Notes: generated by a model from the sequence alone, not told the origin. A stretch of DNA of 64,000 nt from Malacoraja senta (GCA_038087875.1 CM075993.1:10604001-10668000); one strand, 5' to 3'. Shown: positions 1-12,559, counted from the first letter of the stretch. A program made the numbers and translations.

Positions 1-405
1 ACCGGAACCCCATGCCGGTCACGGGGAGAGCGTGCAAACTCCGTACAGACAGCACCCATAATCTGGATCATACCGGGGTCTCTGGAGCTGTAAGGCAGCA
101 ACTCTACCACTGCACCACTGTTCGAGCAAGTTCCACTGTTGTTTTTGTTTTGTTTTAACAGACGTTCATTGTGTTGGAACTGAGCAGCTTTCTGGGCCAT
201 TTCAGAATGCATTTAAGAATCAGCTATACACCAGGGGAGGATTGTGTGTCTGCAATTGCGCAGAATCATCTGGAGAACATTAATGAATCAATGGATTTTT
301 ATGCCAATCTGGTTGCTCACCCAAAAGTCTCATCAACTCCCTTAATATAATTACTTATACTGCATCACTGCATCTTTATGTAATTAAAACACAAAAGAAC
401 CTTAC

Positions 406-486
406 CGCGTAGAGTACATACTGGTCCATTATCCTGGTTTTTGGATCTTTTGTTTCTGAACTGACTTGGGATATCTAATGAAAGAT
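406..486 (-). CDS. USP3: USP3 exon 11 (gene continues beyond left edge)
   Basis: ctttcaag| (D)LSLDIPSQFRNKRSKNQDNGPVCTLR |gtaagg; 81 nt; preceded by a short 84-bp intron (487-570). Confidence 0.96.
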
Positions 487-570
487 CTTGAAAGAGAAAA
501 AAAAAGTCAGAAATATAATAACCTCCCTATGTAGAAAACAGCTAAAACACAAACCTGCAAAATCACTCAC

Positions 571-677
571 CAAGGAATGGATCAAATTTCCGAGATTCAG
601 TTCCACATATTAGACAGTTTACTTCATTTTGAAGTATTCCTCCAAATATGTTAGTGACAACTGTAGAAACACCATTT
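571..677 (-). CDS. USP3: USP3 exon 10
   Basis: ttttcag| (I)NGVSTVVTNIFGGILQNEVNCLICGTESRKFDPFL(D) |gtgagt; 107 nt. Confidence 0.97.
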
Positions 678-1005
678 CTGAAAATAATCAAAACCTTATT
701 AGCAATAGGAAAATATAATAGCCATGTTATTGCTATTAACGGCTCCATTTATAAACAGCAACAAAGACGTCGGAATTTGTTAATTGGCTTGGTAAAAGTG
801 TAAATTGTGCCTAGTATGCGTAGGATTGTGTTAATGTGCGGGGATCACTGGTCGGTGCAGACTCGGTGGGACGAAGGGCCTGTTTCTGCACTGTATCTCT
901 AAACTAAACTAAAGTAATGGGTAACAGACTAAATGCAGCATTTGCCATTTAAAAAAAATTCCATTCTTATCTAACATAAAAGACAAGACTGAACCAGGGA
1001 CTTAC

Positions 1006-1152
1006 ATGCAGCATTTACTGGAAGACGAGATGCTCGAGCTGTCTGGCAAAATAAATGAAGTTGTCATCCCATTGTAGCTTCGCTGAAGCTCCAAGTGAAG
1101 ATGGTCTAACAAGTATCGCATAAACTCATGCGCATCTTGCTGTTGATATCCT
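1006..1152 (-). CDS. USP3: USP3 exon 9 (QQDAHEF motif)
   Basis: tgtgcag| (R)GYQQQDAHEFMRYLLDHLHLELQRSYNGMTTSFILPDSSSISSSSKCC(I) |gtaagt; 147 nt. Confidence 0.97.
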
Positions 1153-2011
1153 CTGCACAGAAAGATTAACAGTGTGTTATTTGGCAAGGTAAATATATTC
1201 AGTTCATACAAAATAATTCTTTCCATTAGAAACCGCACAGACTGCTCCACTTCTTTTGCTCCATTATCCTTATGGATGTTGTGATGCATAAGTTAAATGG
1301 ATTAGTTGTGAAAAAGGTGATCATTTCATTACAGTTTCAGTTTAGGTTATTGTCACGTGAAAAGTTTTTGTTGTCTGCTATCCAGTCAGCAGAAAGACAA
1401 AACATGATTACAATTGAGCCATTTACAACGTATAGATGCATGATAAGGGAATAACGTTTAGTGCAAGGTAAAACCAGTAACGTCCGATCAAGGGTAGGAG
1501 TTTAAGATCATAGTTGAAGTAAGAATATTTGCTGGAGGAATAGAGATTTAAGAGTGCGGAGCAATTGCATGATGTGTTTGTAGATCTGCTTATCTGGCTA
1601 GCACACAAATAGTTGCCTGCGTTGGGCGCCATCTTGGAAGCTAGCTGCAGTATTTCATATATTCTGCATCACCTTCTGTGGTTGGGTAAGAACATATACT
1701 GGGGAAGCAGCAATTGAGCTCTCTTGGGCTGAAACATGACATACAATAAATGTCAACTGCAGATGCTGGTTTACACTGAAGATAAACACAAAATGGTGGT
1801 GCAACTCAGCAGGTCAGGCAGTATCTCTGAAGAAAATGGAATAGGTGAAGATTCAGATCAAAACCTTTGTTCGGACTGGGACTCAGGGGAGAGGGAAACT
1901 AGAGGTATGAAATGGTTCAGAACCGGCAGAGCTGGCACCGATGACCAAGGAAAGGTGGAGCCCACAATGCAAGGGGCTTATTCTACTGGATAAAACAGAA
2001 CATTTTCCTCC

Positions 2012-2536
2012 ATCCATATTATGTCCTAATTTGAAGAAGGACATTCTTGCTATTGAGGGAGTGCAGCGTAGGTTTACAAGGTTAATTCCCGGGATGGCGG
2101 GACTGTTATATGCTGAGAGAATGGAGCAGCTGGGCTTGTACACTCTGGAGTTTAGAAGGATGAGAGGATATCTCATTGAAACATATAAGATTGTTAAGGG
2201 CTTGGACACACTAGAGGCAGGAAACATGTTCCCGATGTTGGGGGAGTCCAGAACCAGGGGCCACAGTTTAAGAATAAGGAGTAAGCCATTTAGAACGGAG
2301 ACGAGGAAACCCTTTTTCTCACGGAGAGTGGTGAGTCTGTGGAATTCTCTGCCTCAGGTTCTCTGGATGCTTTCAAGAGAGAGCTAGATAGGGCTCTTAA
2401 AAATAGCGGAGTCAGGGGATATGGGGAGAAGGCAGGAACGGGGTACTGATTGGGGATGATCAGCCATGATCACATTGAATGGCAGTGCCGGCTCGAAGGG
2501 CCAAATGGCCTACTCCTGCACCTATTGTCTATTGTC
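2012..2536 (+). mobile_element. CR1 (HER1-like) LINE 3' fragment
   Basis: EGVQRRFTRLIPGM...RRMRGYLIETYKI...RTRGHSLRI...VVSLWNSLP; (CTATTGT)n tail. Confidence 0.9.
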
Positions 2537-3008
2537 TAAAAGTAAATTACATGCAAATGGTAGTTGTTATAGACCCCAAAAGGGAACTAGTCCCTTTCCC
2601 TTCTCGTTGTAATCAACACCAGGTCATTAACAACTCTAGATTGATGATAAAGCAAATGGCAGCACTTTCAACTCACTTGCCTGAAAACATAATTAGTTTG
2701 TGGACATTCAGCAAGGCAACTCCCTGGTGTTTCACGCTGTCTTTGCAAGTGCAATGCAAAGAGCTTTTTTGAAACACACAATGCCCCAATTAAAGTTACT
2801 ATTTACAGTTCAAAGCAAAGCCACTGGAACAGACGTAAACACTGAGAATACCGTACACTGTTCAGGAAGCTTGGTACAGCATGGCATACTTTTAATTCTT
2901 GAAGCAGCAAAAAATAAAGACACATTTCTTTGTTTTTTTAGCTTGGTCAGAGATAAATCTTAATAAGCTGCATTGACACTATGGGCATTTTATCAGCATA
3001 TTTTATGT

Positions 3009-3292
3009 GCGGCACAGTGGTGAAGCAGTAGAGTTACTGCCTTACAGCATCAGAAACCCGGATTAAATCCTGACTATGTGTGTTGTCTGTATGGAGGTTG
3101 TACGTTGTCTCTGTGACCGCCTGGGTTTTCTCGGAGTGATCTGGTGTCCTCCCACACTCCAAAGACGTACCAGGTTTATAGGTTATTTGGCTTCCATAAA
3201 GATTGTAAATGGTCCCTAATATGTAGGATAATGCTCGAATACGAAGATCGCTGGTTGACGCAGACTCGATGGGCTGTATCTCTAAACTAAAC
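3009..3292 (+). mobile_element. tRNA-derived SINE (HE1/V-SINE-like)
   Basis: GGCACAGTGG..AGTAGAG A-box head, B-box-like segment, conserved core, (TAAAC)n tail. Family copies also at about 1-120(-), 765-913(+), 5740-6025(+), 19860-20062(-), 20150-20310(-), 35170-35485(-), 37550-37755(+), 38835-39140(-), 50297-50606(-), 50815-51105(+), 56120-56395(-), 59680-59990(-), 60535-60655(+). Confidence 0.85.
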
Positions 3293-3310
3293 TGTCCATA
3301 ACTTGAAATT

Positions 3311-3526
3311 TCTTTCACTTTCTCTTTTTTCTTAATTTCAACCTTTTTTTCTTTTAATAGCTTTAAAAAATGAAGGAGTACATTAAATGTAATAAGATAT
3401 ACGTGGTGTGCACTAATGTAATTGTTTGTAATTTAATGTACTACTAATAAATAAAATGTATTAAAAAAATAAAAAAAATAAACAAAAAAAATTAAAAATT
3501 AAAATAAAATAAAAAAATTAAAAAAA
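3311..3526 (+). mobile_element. L1 3' UTR fragment with A-rich tail
   Basis: Similar to the reverse complement of 43301-43450; long A-rich tail. Confidence 0.55.
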
Positions 3527-3803
3527 TCTCCCAGCTAAAATGCCTTTGAAGCAGTGTTGTATATTTATTATACCTTTTTTTTAACTGAAATTCCTTAAAC
3601 AAAATACATGCAGGAAACTTCTGCAACAGCAAATAACATCTCCATTGAGAGAGCAAAAAAACAATTTGCTGGAGGGCATTGCTGCCTGGCCAGCTGAGTT
3701 CTTCCAGCAGCTCAGATTACAGCATCTGCAGCCACCCGTGTCTCTGCAATGGGAAGGGCTGTTTAACCAAGTTTGGACGACACCAAAATAACCTGCTGCC
3801 TAC

Positions 3804-3917
3804 CTGAAATTTGGCATGATCTTCCAAATGACATAGAAGAGAGATTCAGGACAGAATGCGGTCTGGCTTCCTTGCCATAAGGCGCAGAGTGTTTTCCGGA
3901 ATTCTTCTACTAATGAA
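3804..3917 (-). CDS. USP3: USP3 exon 8
   Basis: taagcag| (V)SLVEEFRKTLCALWQGSQTAFCPESLFYVIWKIMPNF(R) |gtaggc; 114 nt. Confidence 0.96.
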
Positions 3918-3987
3918 CTGCTTATTTAGCAATGAAAAAGAAAAGGGTGGAATATTAATAGCACAACCCAAGTACACTGATGAGAAG

Positions 3988-4492
3988 TGTATGAAGGAAC
4001 GGCAGATGCTGGTCTACATAGTAGACACAACATGCTGGATTAACCTAGCGGGACAGGCAGCATCTCTGGAGAGAAGGAATGGGTGACGTTTCAGGTCCAG
4101 ACCCTTCTTCAGACCGATGTCAGGGGAGGGGGTGGGACAAAGATAGAATGTAGTCGGAGACAGTAAGACTAGTGGGAGAACTGGGGAGGGGATGGCGAGA
4201 GAAAGCAAGGGCTATCTGAAGTTAGAGAAGTCAACGTTCATACCGCTGGGGTGTAAACTACCCAAGCGAAATATGAGGTGCTGTTCCTCCAATTTGCGCC
4301 GGGCCTCACTCTGACAATGGAGGAGGCCCAGGACAGAAAGGTCAGATTGGGAATGGGAGGGGAGTTGAAGTGCTGAACCACCAGGAGATCAGGTAGGTTA
4401 AGACGGACTGAGCGGAGGTGTTCAGCAAAACGATCGCCGAGCCTGCGCTTGTTCTCGAAGATGTGGAGAAGTTGACACCCGGAACAGCAGAT
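3988..4492 (-). mobile_element. Penelope-like element 3' end (GIY-YIG endonuclease remnant plus hammerhead-bearing terminus)
   Basis: CSGCQLLHIFENKRRLGDRFAEHLRSV (decayed YIGET..R..EH) and, in a shifted frame, [28 protein letters not shown]; followed by CTGAAGA..GAAACGTC. Confidence 0.85.
4082..4115 (-). ncRNA. Minimal type-I hammerhead ribozyme motif (Penelope-associated)
   Basis: GGU-CUGAAGA-A-GGGU-CUGG-ACCU-GAAA-CGUC-ACC on the minus strand: intact catalytic core, stem II, palindromic stem III, GUC site and GGU/ACC stem I. Confidence 0.7.
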
Positions 4493-4790
4493 CGGCACAG
4501 ACATTGTAGGCCAAAGGGCCTGTTCTTGTGCTGTACTGTTCGATTGTCTAAAATGTCTACTTAGCTGCCCTCTGACAGGAATTCAATCCATCTGCTTTAA
4601 AGTCACAAACTATATATTAACTATGACAATATAATTTGGCAGATTCAATAAAAAGCAGCATTCTAATTTTTGGCATGGCCAATTTTTCAAGATTTGACAT
4701 TGAAGTATTTCTTCCAATTACAACCGAGTGCTTATATTTGTATACTTCGATGTTATGGTGCATGTGAGTTATAAAAAAGTAGTTACATAC

Positions 4791-4904
4791 ACACTGTTGT
4801 CGCCCTGGCTTCTGGTGTGATAGGTCCTTCTCCCTGCTGTTTTACCACTACGCAGTTCCACTGCTGGCAGCTCCTTGAAATAGCAGCAGAATTGCTGGAT
4901 GTTA
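4791..4904 (-). CDS. USP3: USP3 exon 7
   Basis: tttgcag| (S)NIQQFCCYFKELPAVELRSGKTAGRRTYHTRSQGDNS(V) |gtatgt; 114 nt. Confidence 0.97.
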
Positions 4905-7900
4905 CTGCAAATGGGGAGAAAAAACACCAATTGGCACTTCCAAAAATAGAACATTAAAAATGTTCAAGTATCTTTGCTTAGTGTTTCATACCCAAAAAAA
5001 CAAATAATCTGACCAATGAACTGTATAGATCAACAATAATTAAAAGTAGAAACAATACACTGGAAACACTCACATCCAGTAACTTGTGTGGAAAGAAAAA
5101 TGGTTAATGTAGCAAGTCAGATACCCAGTAATGTTAACTGTTTCTCTCACTATAGACACTGACTGACCTGCTGAATGTTTCCAGATTTTGCTTTTATTCA
5201 CACAAACAAATAATTTCCCTTTAAATTTTGATCCATATGCCCCATTTGATCTAAGGGCTTTTCAGCAAATATACTTTTGAAATGTGACAGCTAATTTGCA
5301 CCATGTCCTCACAAATAGCAAATCAAATAATCTTTTATTGATGGTGGATAATGAGATAAATGTTGGCCGAGATGTAGCAAGGTACATCGTCATCACATTG
5401 TGTAATGGATCTTTTACACCCACATGGGTCAGCTACCAGGGGCTCATTTAACATCCTATTGGGAAGGTGGCATATCACCATAATGGACCACTTGCTCATC
5501 GATGTACTGGATTGCCTGCCTAGACTTTGGTGCTCAGATACTCTCGGCATAATGCAACGTATGGTTCAAGTTGTGGTTAGCCAAGATAAGCAAATTAATA
5601 AGAGTCAGGTGCAACCAGTGGTCAAATGCTGGAAGATTCAGCTCTCATCGGTGAGAAAGAGGAAAAGGTAAAAGGTAGGTTCTCACTTACAATTCATCTT
5701 TTTAGCACACACACGATTCACAAGACCAAGAACCTTGGTCGGCATGGCAATGGAGTTGCTGCCTTACAGGGCCAGAGACCCGGGTTCGATCCCAATTACA
5801 GGTGATATCTATACAAAGTTTGTACGTTCTCCCTGTGACCTGTGTGGGTTTTCCCCGGGTGCTCTGGTTTCCTCCACTCCAGACATACGTTTGTAGGCTG
5901 ATTGGTTTGGTTAAATTGTACATTTTTCTAGTGTGTAAAACAGTGCTAGTGTATGGGGTGATCACTGGTCGGCATGGACTCAGTAGGCAGAAGGGCCTGT
6001 TTCCACACTGTAACTCAACTAAACCATGTTAGTCAGAGCCAGGATTTACCCAATCAGTAAAAAAACTAGTCTCTTAAATCAAAATACCCAATTTGCAAGG
6101 AAAATAATTGCAGATTCCGTAAATCAGACAGAACTTGTAGACAGAAATAGAATTAATATTTCAGGTCGACCACTTTTTATTAGATCTGGCTTTTCATGAA
6201 CACTGTTGAGTTTTGATGAAAGGTCATCAAATGTTTCATCCACAAGTATTGGCCAACGTTGAGCATTTCCAGTATTATCTGTGTTTAGATCAGATTTCAG
6301 CCATCTGCACCATTTGGCTCACAATTAACCTCGATTTAATCCCACACATAAAAACCACAAGATCAAGTACGGAATACATCTGCATTAAATACAACACAAC
6401 CACACAAACCTGACCAGATTACATAGATTATCACCCTAAATGTAATATTAAGTTCATTCAATTTTTCCTGCAGTACTTTAAATTCTAGCACCTTAAAAAC
6501 ATTTAGTATTGCAAAAAAAAACAATGCAAGGCATTGAATAAACATTTTGTACCTGCATCAACAATTACATTTAAAGTCAAAACACGTTCCTTTTGCTCAG
6601 ACATGTTTGTAGTTTTAAAAAAAATTAAGTGCCATTTTTTAAATGAAATCTATAGAAACAGTAAAGTTAATCAAAAATAAGGACAGCAATAATTACTATT
6701 TTATGTACTAAATATTAAAACCAAAAAGGCCTTTAACAATGTTACATTTTCAGGGTGCCTATTGCTAGACAACTTGTTCCAACATACCCGAAAGCACATT
6801 TTTAATCCAAGACCAACAAATGCTCATCTATCTGGGTTTCACTTTACAATTAAGTGGACTTTAAATAATTAGGTAAAAGCATCCACTATATCAGTAATGA
6901 TAAGTAGTTAAAATTATGCAAGTATATTTTAGGTGCCTCATTGCACTAATTTGAGAACATTTATCACCATCTCATTCCTATGTCAATGTTAATGTGGCCA
7001 CTCTTGCTTGTTCAAAAAAAATCCAGATCTAATGTGCATGCAGCATCAATAAATTATACATACTTGCAAAGTGTTCCCTATCTGTGAAATGCAGTACAGA
7101 AAAAGCTTGCAAGTAGAAAGACCAAGAACTGCTTTCTGTAATATTGTCCAGGGCCAGCTGTTCAAATGGAGATTACACAAACACTTTACCAGGACCAAGG
7201 CTCATCTGTTCAGACCTACTGTCACCTCATCTTTAGTTACAAGAGGGAGGTATAATAGGAGACGGCAAAATGTTTAGGGAAGGACCCAAAAAAGCTTTTA
7301 TTTTCTTATCGTTATCTAGAATTATCTAAAATTATGGGTCTTCCATACGAGGTGAGGGGGGAATCCTTCCTAGAGATGAGGAGGGAATGGAACCGTGGTC
7401 GCTTTCAGGAAGGAGGGCTCAGATAGGGTAGATAGCAAGAAACTTCTCCCCATGGAAGCGGTGTCTTGGAACGGGTTAGTTTAAGAGTTTAATGGGGATC
7501 TCAGAAAGAATCTTAGCACTCAATGAGTGGCTGGAATATGCCCAAGTTGGCAGAAGGAGGAGGCACTCATAATATTTAAAAAAACATCTGGACGACCATT
7601 TGCCTGGCCAAGGCAGAGTAGGCTGCAGATCAAGTGCTGGTAAATGGGATTCGTATAGACAGGCAGCGTCGTCACATAGACATGGTGGGTCAAAGTTCTG
7701 TGCAGTATGCCAACATTAAGAAGCCAATGCTAGAGATTAGTTAAAATTAAAATAAAAAATAAGGAGGAAATGTACAGACCCTAAACAGCCAGTACCCCAG
7801 AACTCCATTAGGTTGAAGATAGACACAAAATGCTGGAGTAACTGGCCTGAATGTGTAGAGCTAGACTGGATGAGCACTGCACCTGATAGCCAAGACCAAG

Positions 7901-8225
7901 TAGACCCAAACTCCATATCCAAGGCCCACTCTCTTGCACACCGACAGCTTTTGACAGCTTGCTGGGGCTGTGAAAGACTTTCCAAAATATTCCCCAATGG
8001 CTACATTTAAAAACTATTCAAATAAATAAAATTCAAACAATGCACTAATAGATATATTATATTCAAAATAATCAAAATATATTGTCTTTAAAAATCAAAA
8101 TAATGTAAAATTACAGTAATCTCAAACACCAGCAGTACCTGTCATAAAGTAAAGAGCTAAAATCACAAAGGATGCAGCAGTAGGCGATTAAGCTCTTCTG
8201 TGTCCACTCCATCATTACATACCAT

Positions 8226-8336
8226 CAGTGGCGGACTGGCCAGGGTGTCAGCTTGCCCGATGGCAAGTGGGCCCCTGATGAAGTGGGCCCCCTTCGTCTC
8301 CTGGCAACCAATATTTTTAGACCCAGTCCGCCACTG
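8226..8336. mobile_element. hAT-type MITE (111 bp)
   Basis: Perfect 14-bp TIR CAGTGGCGGACTGG; 8-bp TSD CATACCAT at 8218-8225 and 8337-8344. Confidence 0.9.
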
Positions 8337-8849
8337 CATACCATCATAGTTGAGATTTTACCTCAGCGGCACTTTCGCGCTCCAACTCCATATTTTTTAA
8401 TTCCCTTTAATGTCTGAAAGTTTATCAATCTTGAATATATTGATGGATTGAAGTTGCACATCTCCTTTGGGTAGAGAATTCGGAAGTTTCAGTTGATGCA
8501 ATGCAAGACCACCCCTTGTCAAGTGCAACATTGGCACTCCAAAAAGGAAAATAAAATTCCCCACTGCAAATGCCAGCAACCTCTTCCAGCTCAAAAATAA
8601 ACTGTGGCAAAGGAACTGTTCAATGTTGGCAAGACAATGTTCACTGAAGCAATCAGTTGTTCCAAGAAAAATAGTGGAACATTTGAAAAATGTTGGATAA
8701 AACCCATTATTTGTAATTATTTTGCATGTGTAATTACTTTTAAACTTTTCCTTGGTTTCCTTGTTTCTCATTCATCACAGTAGACCTCAGTAAAGCAGGA
8801 TCTTAGATGTATATTTTGCACTGCTGCAACAAAAAGCATCATCCATCAA

Positions 8850-9270
8850 TGTAGAAACAAAGAACTGCAATGCTGGTTTATACCAAAGATAGACACAAAG
8901 TGCTGGCGTATCCTCAGCAGGTCAGGCAGCGCTTCTGGAAGAAAGGATGGGTGATGTTTTGGGACGATCCCTACAGTTTCTGTCATTCATTCTGCAAAAT
9001 TCCTGCAGTTTTTTTTGCACTCACCAATAAAACCAACAGCCAAGAAGAACTCAAGGGTCTACAGTTAACTTTCAAACCTTTTCAACTACTCATTTTAACA
9101 TAAATTAAATTGTAGCAATTTATAAAACATCACCCATCCTTTTCCTCCAGAGATGCTGCCTGACCTGCTGAGTTACTCCGGCACTTTGTGAAACATCACA
9201 TATCCATGTTCTCCAGAGATGCTGCCTGACCCGCTGAGTTACTCCAGCACTTAGTGTCTACCTTTGGTAT
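8850..9270. mobile_element. Penelope-terminus fold-back with tandem right arms and a captured local segment
   Basis: Left arm 8850-8966; right arms 9123-9265 (two tandem copies); spacer similar to 11157-11298. Confidence 0.7.
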
Positions 9271-9341
9271 TAACCTTCAATTGCAATCTGCAGTGACTCA
9301 GCCAATCGATAAAGTGCAATAATGTTTGCGCTGTCAGTTAC

Positions 9342-9424
9342 CTGAGGGACTGGAGGATGGCATTCATAAAACATGTGTTCCCAAGATTGCGAAGCCCCGT
9401 AGCACAAATGGCAGAGGTTCCTCC
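9342..9424 (-). CDS. USP3: USP3 exon 6 (USP Cys box, catalytic Cys)
   Basis: ttaacag| GGTSAICATGLRNLGNTCFMNAILQSL(S) |gtaact; 83 nt; GLRNLGNTCFMN Cys-box motif. Confidence 0.97.
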
Positions 9425-9790
9425 CTGTTAAACAGTTGGATGATCAGTTAATTGGGTTATCCAGATAGCTAATGATGCATGAACAGTTAAAGTCAAAGTA
9501 CAGTCCCTTAGTAAAATCCAGTTACCACATATTGAACAAGACCAAACCTTTTCCCAGATGTCAGAATATTGATTCTTTTAAAAATCCAGCATAATTATGC
9601 AAAAGAGGAACACAAAGAAAAAATTGTGCTTAGCAAAGTTTCACGAGACCATCTTTTTTGCTACAGGAGAAAGTCAGCTATTAAAAAAGATCCAATGGAG
9701 ACTCCCTCCAATCCATTAAAAAATTATTTGTAAGTCATAAAGTCATGTGAAAGGAACATAATTAGGCCTTTCGGCCATCAAGTCTATCCC

Positions 9791-10598
9791 TACAGGGATG
9801 AGGTGGAGCAGCTGACAGGGTGGTGTGGAGAAAATAACCTGCTCCTCAACACCTCAAAGACCAAGGAGCTCATAATTGACTATAGGAAGAAGAAAACAGA
9901 CATTACACCACTAATCATCGATGGGGACTGTGTGGAAAGGGTGGCGGATTTCCGCTTCCTGGGAATCCACATTGAGGAGGACCCGACTTGGAGCGTGAAC
10001 ACCACTGCGCTGCTGAAAAAGGTCCAGCAGAGACTGTACTTCCTGAGCACCCTCAGGAAGAACAACATCACCCAGAGACTGCTGCTATCCTTTTATCGAT
10101 GCTCAATTGAGAGCATCTTAACATTCTGTGTATGCGTGTGGTACACCAGCTGCACAGCGGCTAAGAGGAAAGCGCTCCAGAGGGCAATTGACAAAGCCCA
10201 GAAGATCATCGGCTGCCCTCTCCTCACCTTGAAGGAACTACACAGTTCCCACTGTCTCAAAAAATCCAAGAAGATTATAAAGGACATTTTCCACCTGTTT
10301 GTACTGCTGCCTTCAGGCAGACGGTACAGATCAATGAGGACAAGGACAAACACTCAAAAACAGCTTTTATCCCACAGCAATAAATACACTTAATGTAGCC
10401 ACCAAATGAGTACAGGTGCGCTACACACCAAAGGGACTGGGAAATCGACAGAAGAATGTGTTTTTTTCCATGTTATTTATTTTAGTTGTTTATCTTAGAC
10501 TTTTGCGCTAAGAAAATGTGTGCACTGACTGGTTGGCATTTCTAATTTTGTTGTACGTGTTTACATGTTATAATGACAATAAAGTATTCATTCATTCA
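9791..10598 (+). mobile_element. Rex1/Babar LINE, 5'-truncated
   Basis: ORF 9803-10393 with WCGENNLLLNTSKTKELIID, FRFLGIHI and LLPSGRRYRS; (ATTC)n tail. Confidence 0.88.
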
Positions 10599-11590
10599 TC
10601 CCGCCATTCAATCTTGGCCGATCTACCTCTCCCTCCTAAACCCATTCTCCTGCCTTCTCCCCATAACAGAGGTTAAGGGGAGAAGGCACCCGTACTAATC
10701 AAGAATCTGTCCATCTCTGCCTTAAAATACACATTGACCGCCTCCACAGCCTTCTGTGGCGGGGAATTCTACAGATTCACCACCCTCTGACTAAAGAAAT
10801 TCTTCCTCATCTCCTTCCTAATGGAACATCCTTTCATTCTGAGGATGACTAGTCCTAGACTCTCCCGCTAGTGGAAATATCCTCTATCCAAGCCTTTCAC
10901 TATTCGGTACGTTTCAATGAGATTCCCCCCTCATTCTTCTAAACTCCAGCGAGTACAGGCCCAGTGCCGTCAAACGCTCTTGCTTTGCTTTTGCTGACAA
11001 TACAGTTCCTCCTTAGGAGGTCAAATGGCAAACTATCTTCACTGCTACATTTCTGTAACGCATAAATCAAGTGAGAGCAAATAAACCCACCTAAAATTTG
11101 AATACTCGTAATTCCTTGTGGACACATGACAAGCTTCCCAGCACGAATGCAGGACTAATTCCTGCAGTTCTTTTGCACTTGCCAATAAACCCAACGCACT
11201 TGCCAATAAACCCAACAGCCAAGAACACGACTTCAGGGTCTGCAGTTAGCTTTCAAACCTTTTCAACTGCTCATTTTAACATAAATTACATTGTTGCAGA
11301 TTTTAAAAAATGTAGATAGAATATTAACACCAAAGTCAGGATTATATACTTAGGCAAATAGATAGCATTAAATATCTATAAACAATCATGTGAAAACCGA
11401 CACAAGCAAATTTGTACATGATAAATATAGTCTCTTGTCATGTATGCCTTAGAGTTTAGTTAAAAGGCACTGCGTACCCAATTATTTTTTACTGAGCAAA
11501 CAAAATGTGGAGAATGATTGGCACAAGAACAAATTGTCAAATGAATGTTCCAATTAATAAGAATGCCAAGCAATTATGGTCTGTACTTAC

Positions 11591-11672
11591 ATTAAGCTTC
11601 AAATACTTGCTGTTTATGGATGAACTTTCCATCAGCTTTCTTTTGCAGTGTCTGTCTGCTGAAAATGCTGAA
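11591..11672 (-). CDS. USP3: USP3 exon 5
   Basis: ccaccacag| (N)SAFSADRHCKRKLMESSSINSKYLKLN |gtaagt; 82 nt, phase 2-0, linking exons 4 and 6 in frame. Confidence 0.93.
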
Positions 11673-12212
11673 CTGTGGTGGAGAGAACATGTTAGAAACT
11701 GGATTACTTTCACCAGACACTACAGTATTTTCAACTCTGCCATTTATCAAAGGATATTTTGTGCTCAATATCACAGCTAGGTTCAAGAAGTTAATTATGC
11801 AACGAGTCATGCTGCACAAATAGACAAATTCCCACTGAAACACAGCAAGAAACTGGATGTGATCCATTGATTATATCTAATCAGGTACCAGAATTATTCA
11901 TGCAACTATAGCATAAAGTCAAATGGTGGCCCAGAAATCTTGGTTAGCAAAATCAGACTAAAACACATTGTTCAAGATTTAGTGCAATGGGCCAAGCTCT
12001 TAATTCCTCAGTCAGATTGTTACATATCAGAGCTTCACATCTAACAGATACATGATGCTAGAATATTTCCATCATCATTCTCAGCAAAGATACTAGAGGA
12101 GCAAGATAAACCACTCGACGAAAAAGACGTAGTACGGTCATGGGCATTTTTATTCGCGCCATTTTGAGAATCGAATATATGAGTTTTTTTATTTTTTAAA
12201 TGGGCTTCTGTC

Positions 12213-12340
12213 ATGGCGTCCACATCTACCAGCGTAGCGAGCCGTTCTGCTATAGTGCTCAAATCGCCAATGTAAGCGATTCGAGCACTTTATAGCAGTC
12301 TTTCTTCAGGTTCCCCACTAAAGATAAGAAAACAATTATA
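12213..12340 (+). pseudogene. Frameshifted THAP zinc-finger N-terminus of a P-type transposase
   Basis: ATG at 12213; joining frames gives MASTSTSVAS(R/C)SAI/CSNRQCKRFEHFIA/SFFRFPTKDKK, resembling the THAP pattern C-x-A-x-x-C-x-N...SFFRFP-x-x-D. Confidence 0.6.
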
Positions 12341-12559
12341 ACTTTGTCTTGAGGCCGATCTCTTCCGATAGTTCAGATCGCGGAGCCGGGGGTCACCAGA
12401 AGAATTGCTCTGATCGCTGGCCCGCGGACTATAACATCTTGAATCCCTCCGGTGTGCGGAGCTTCTAGTCGCGGGGGCAGCGTGCACTTTCCCTCGCGGA
12501 GTCTGGGATTCCTCGCCAGAGAAAAGCTCCGACCGCCAGCCCGCGGAGATTGAGAGGGG

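Noticed and set aside
3009..3080. tRNA genes at SINE heads
   Set aside because: The A/B-box heads run into SINE cores and tails and are too decayed to form a cloverleaf.
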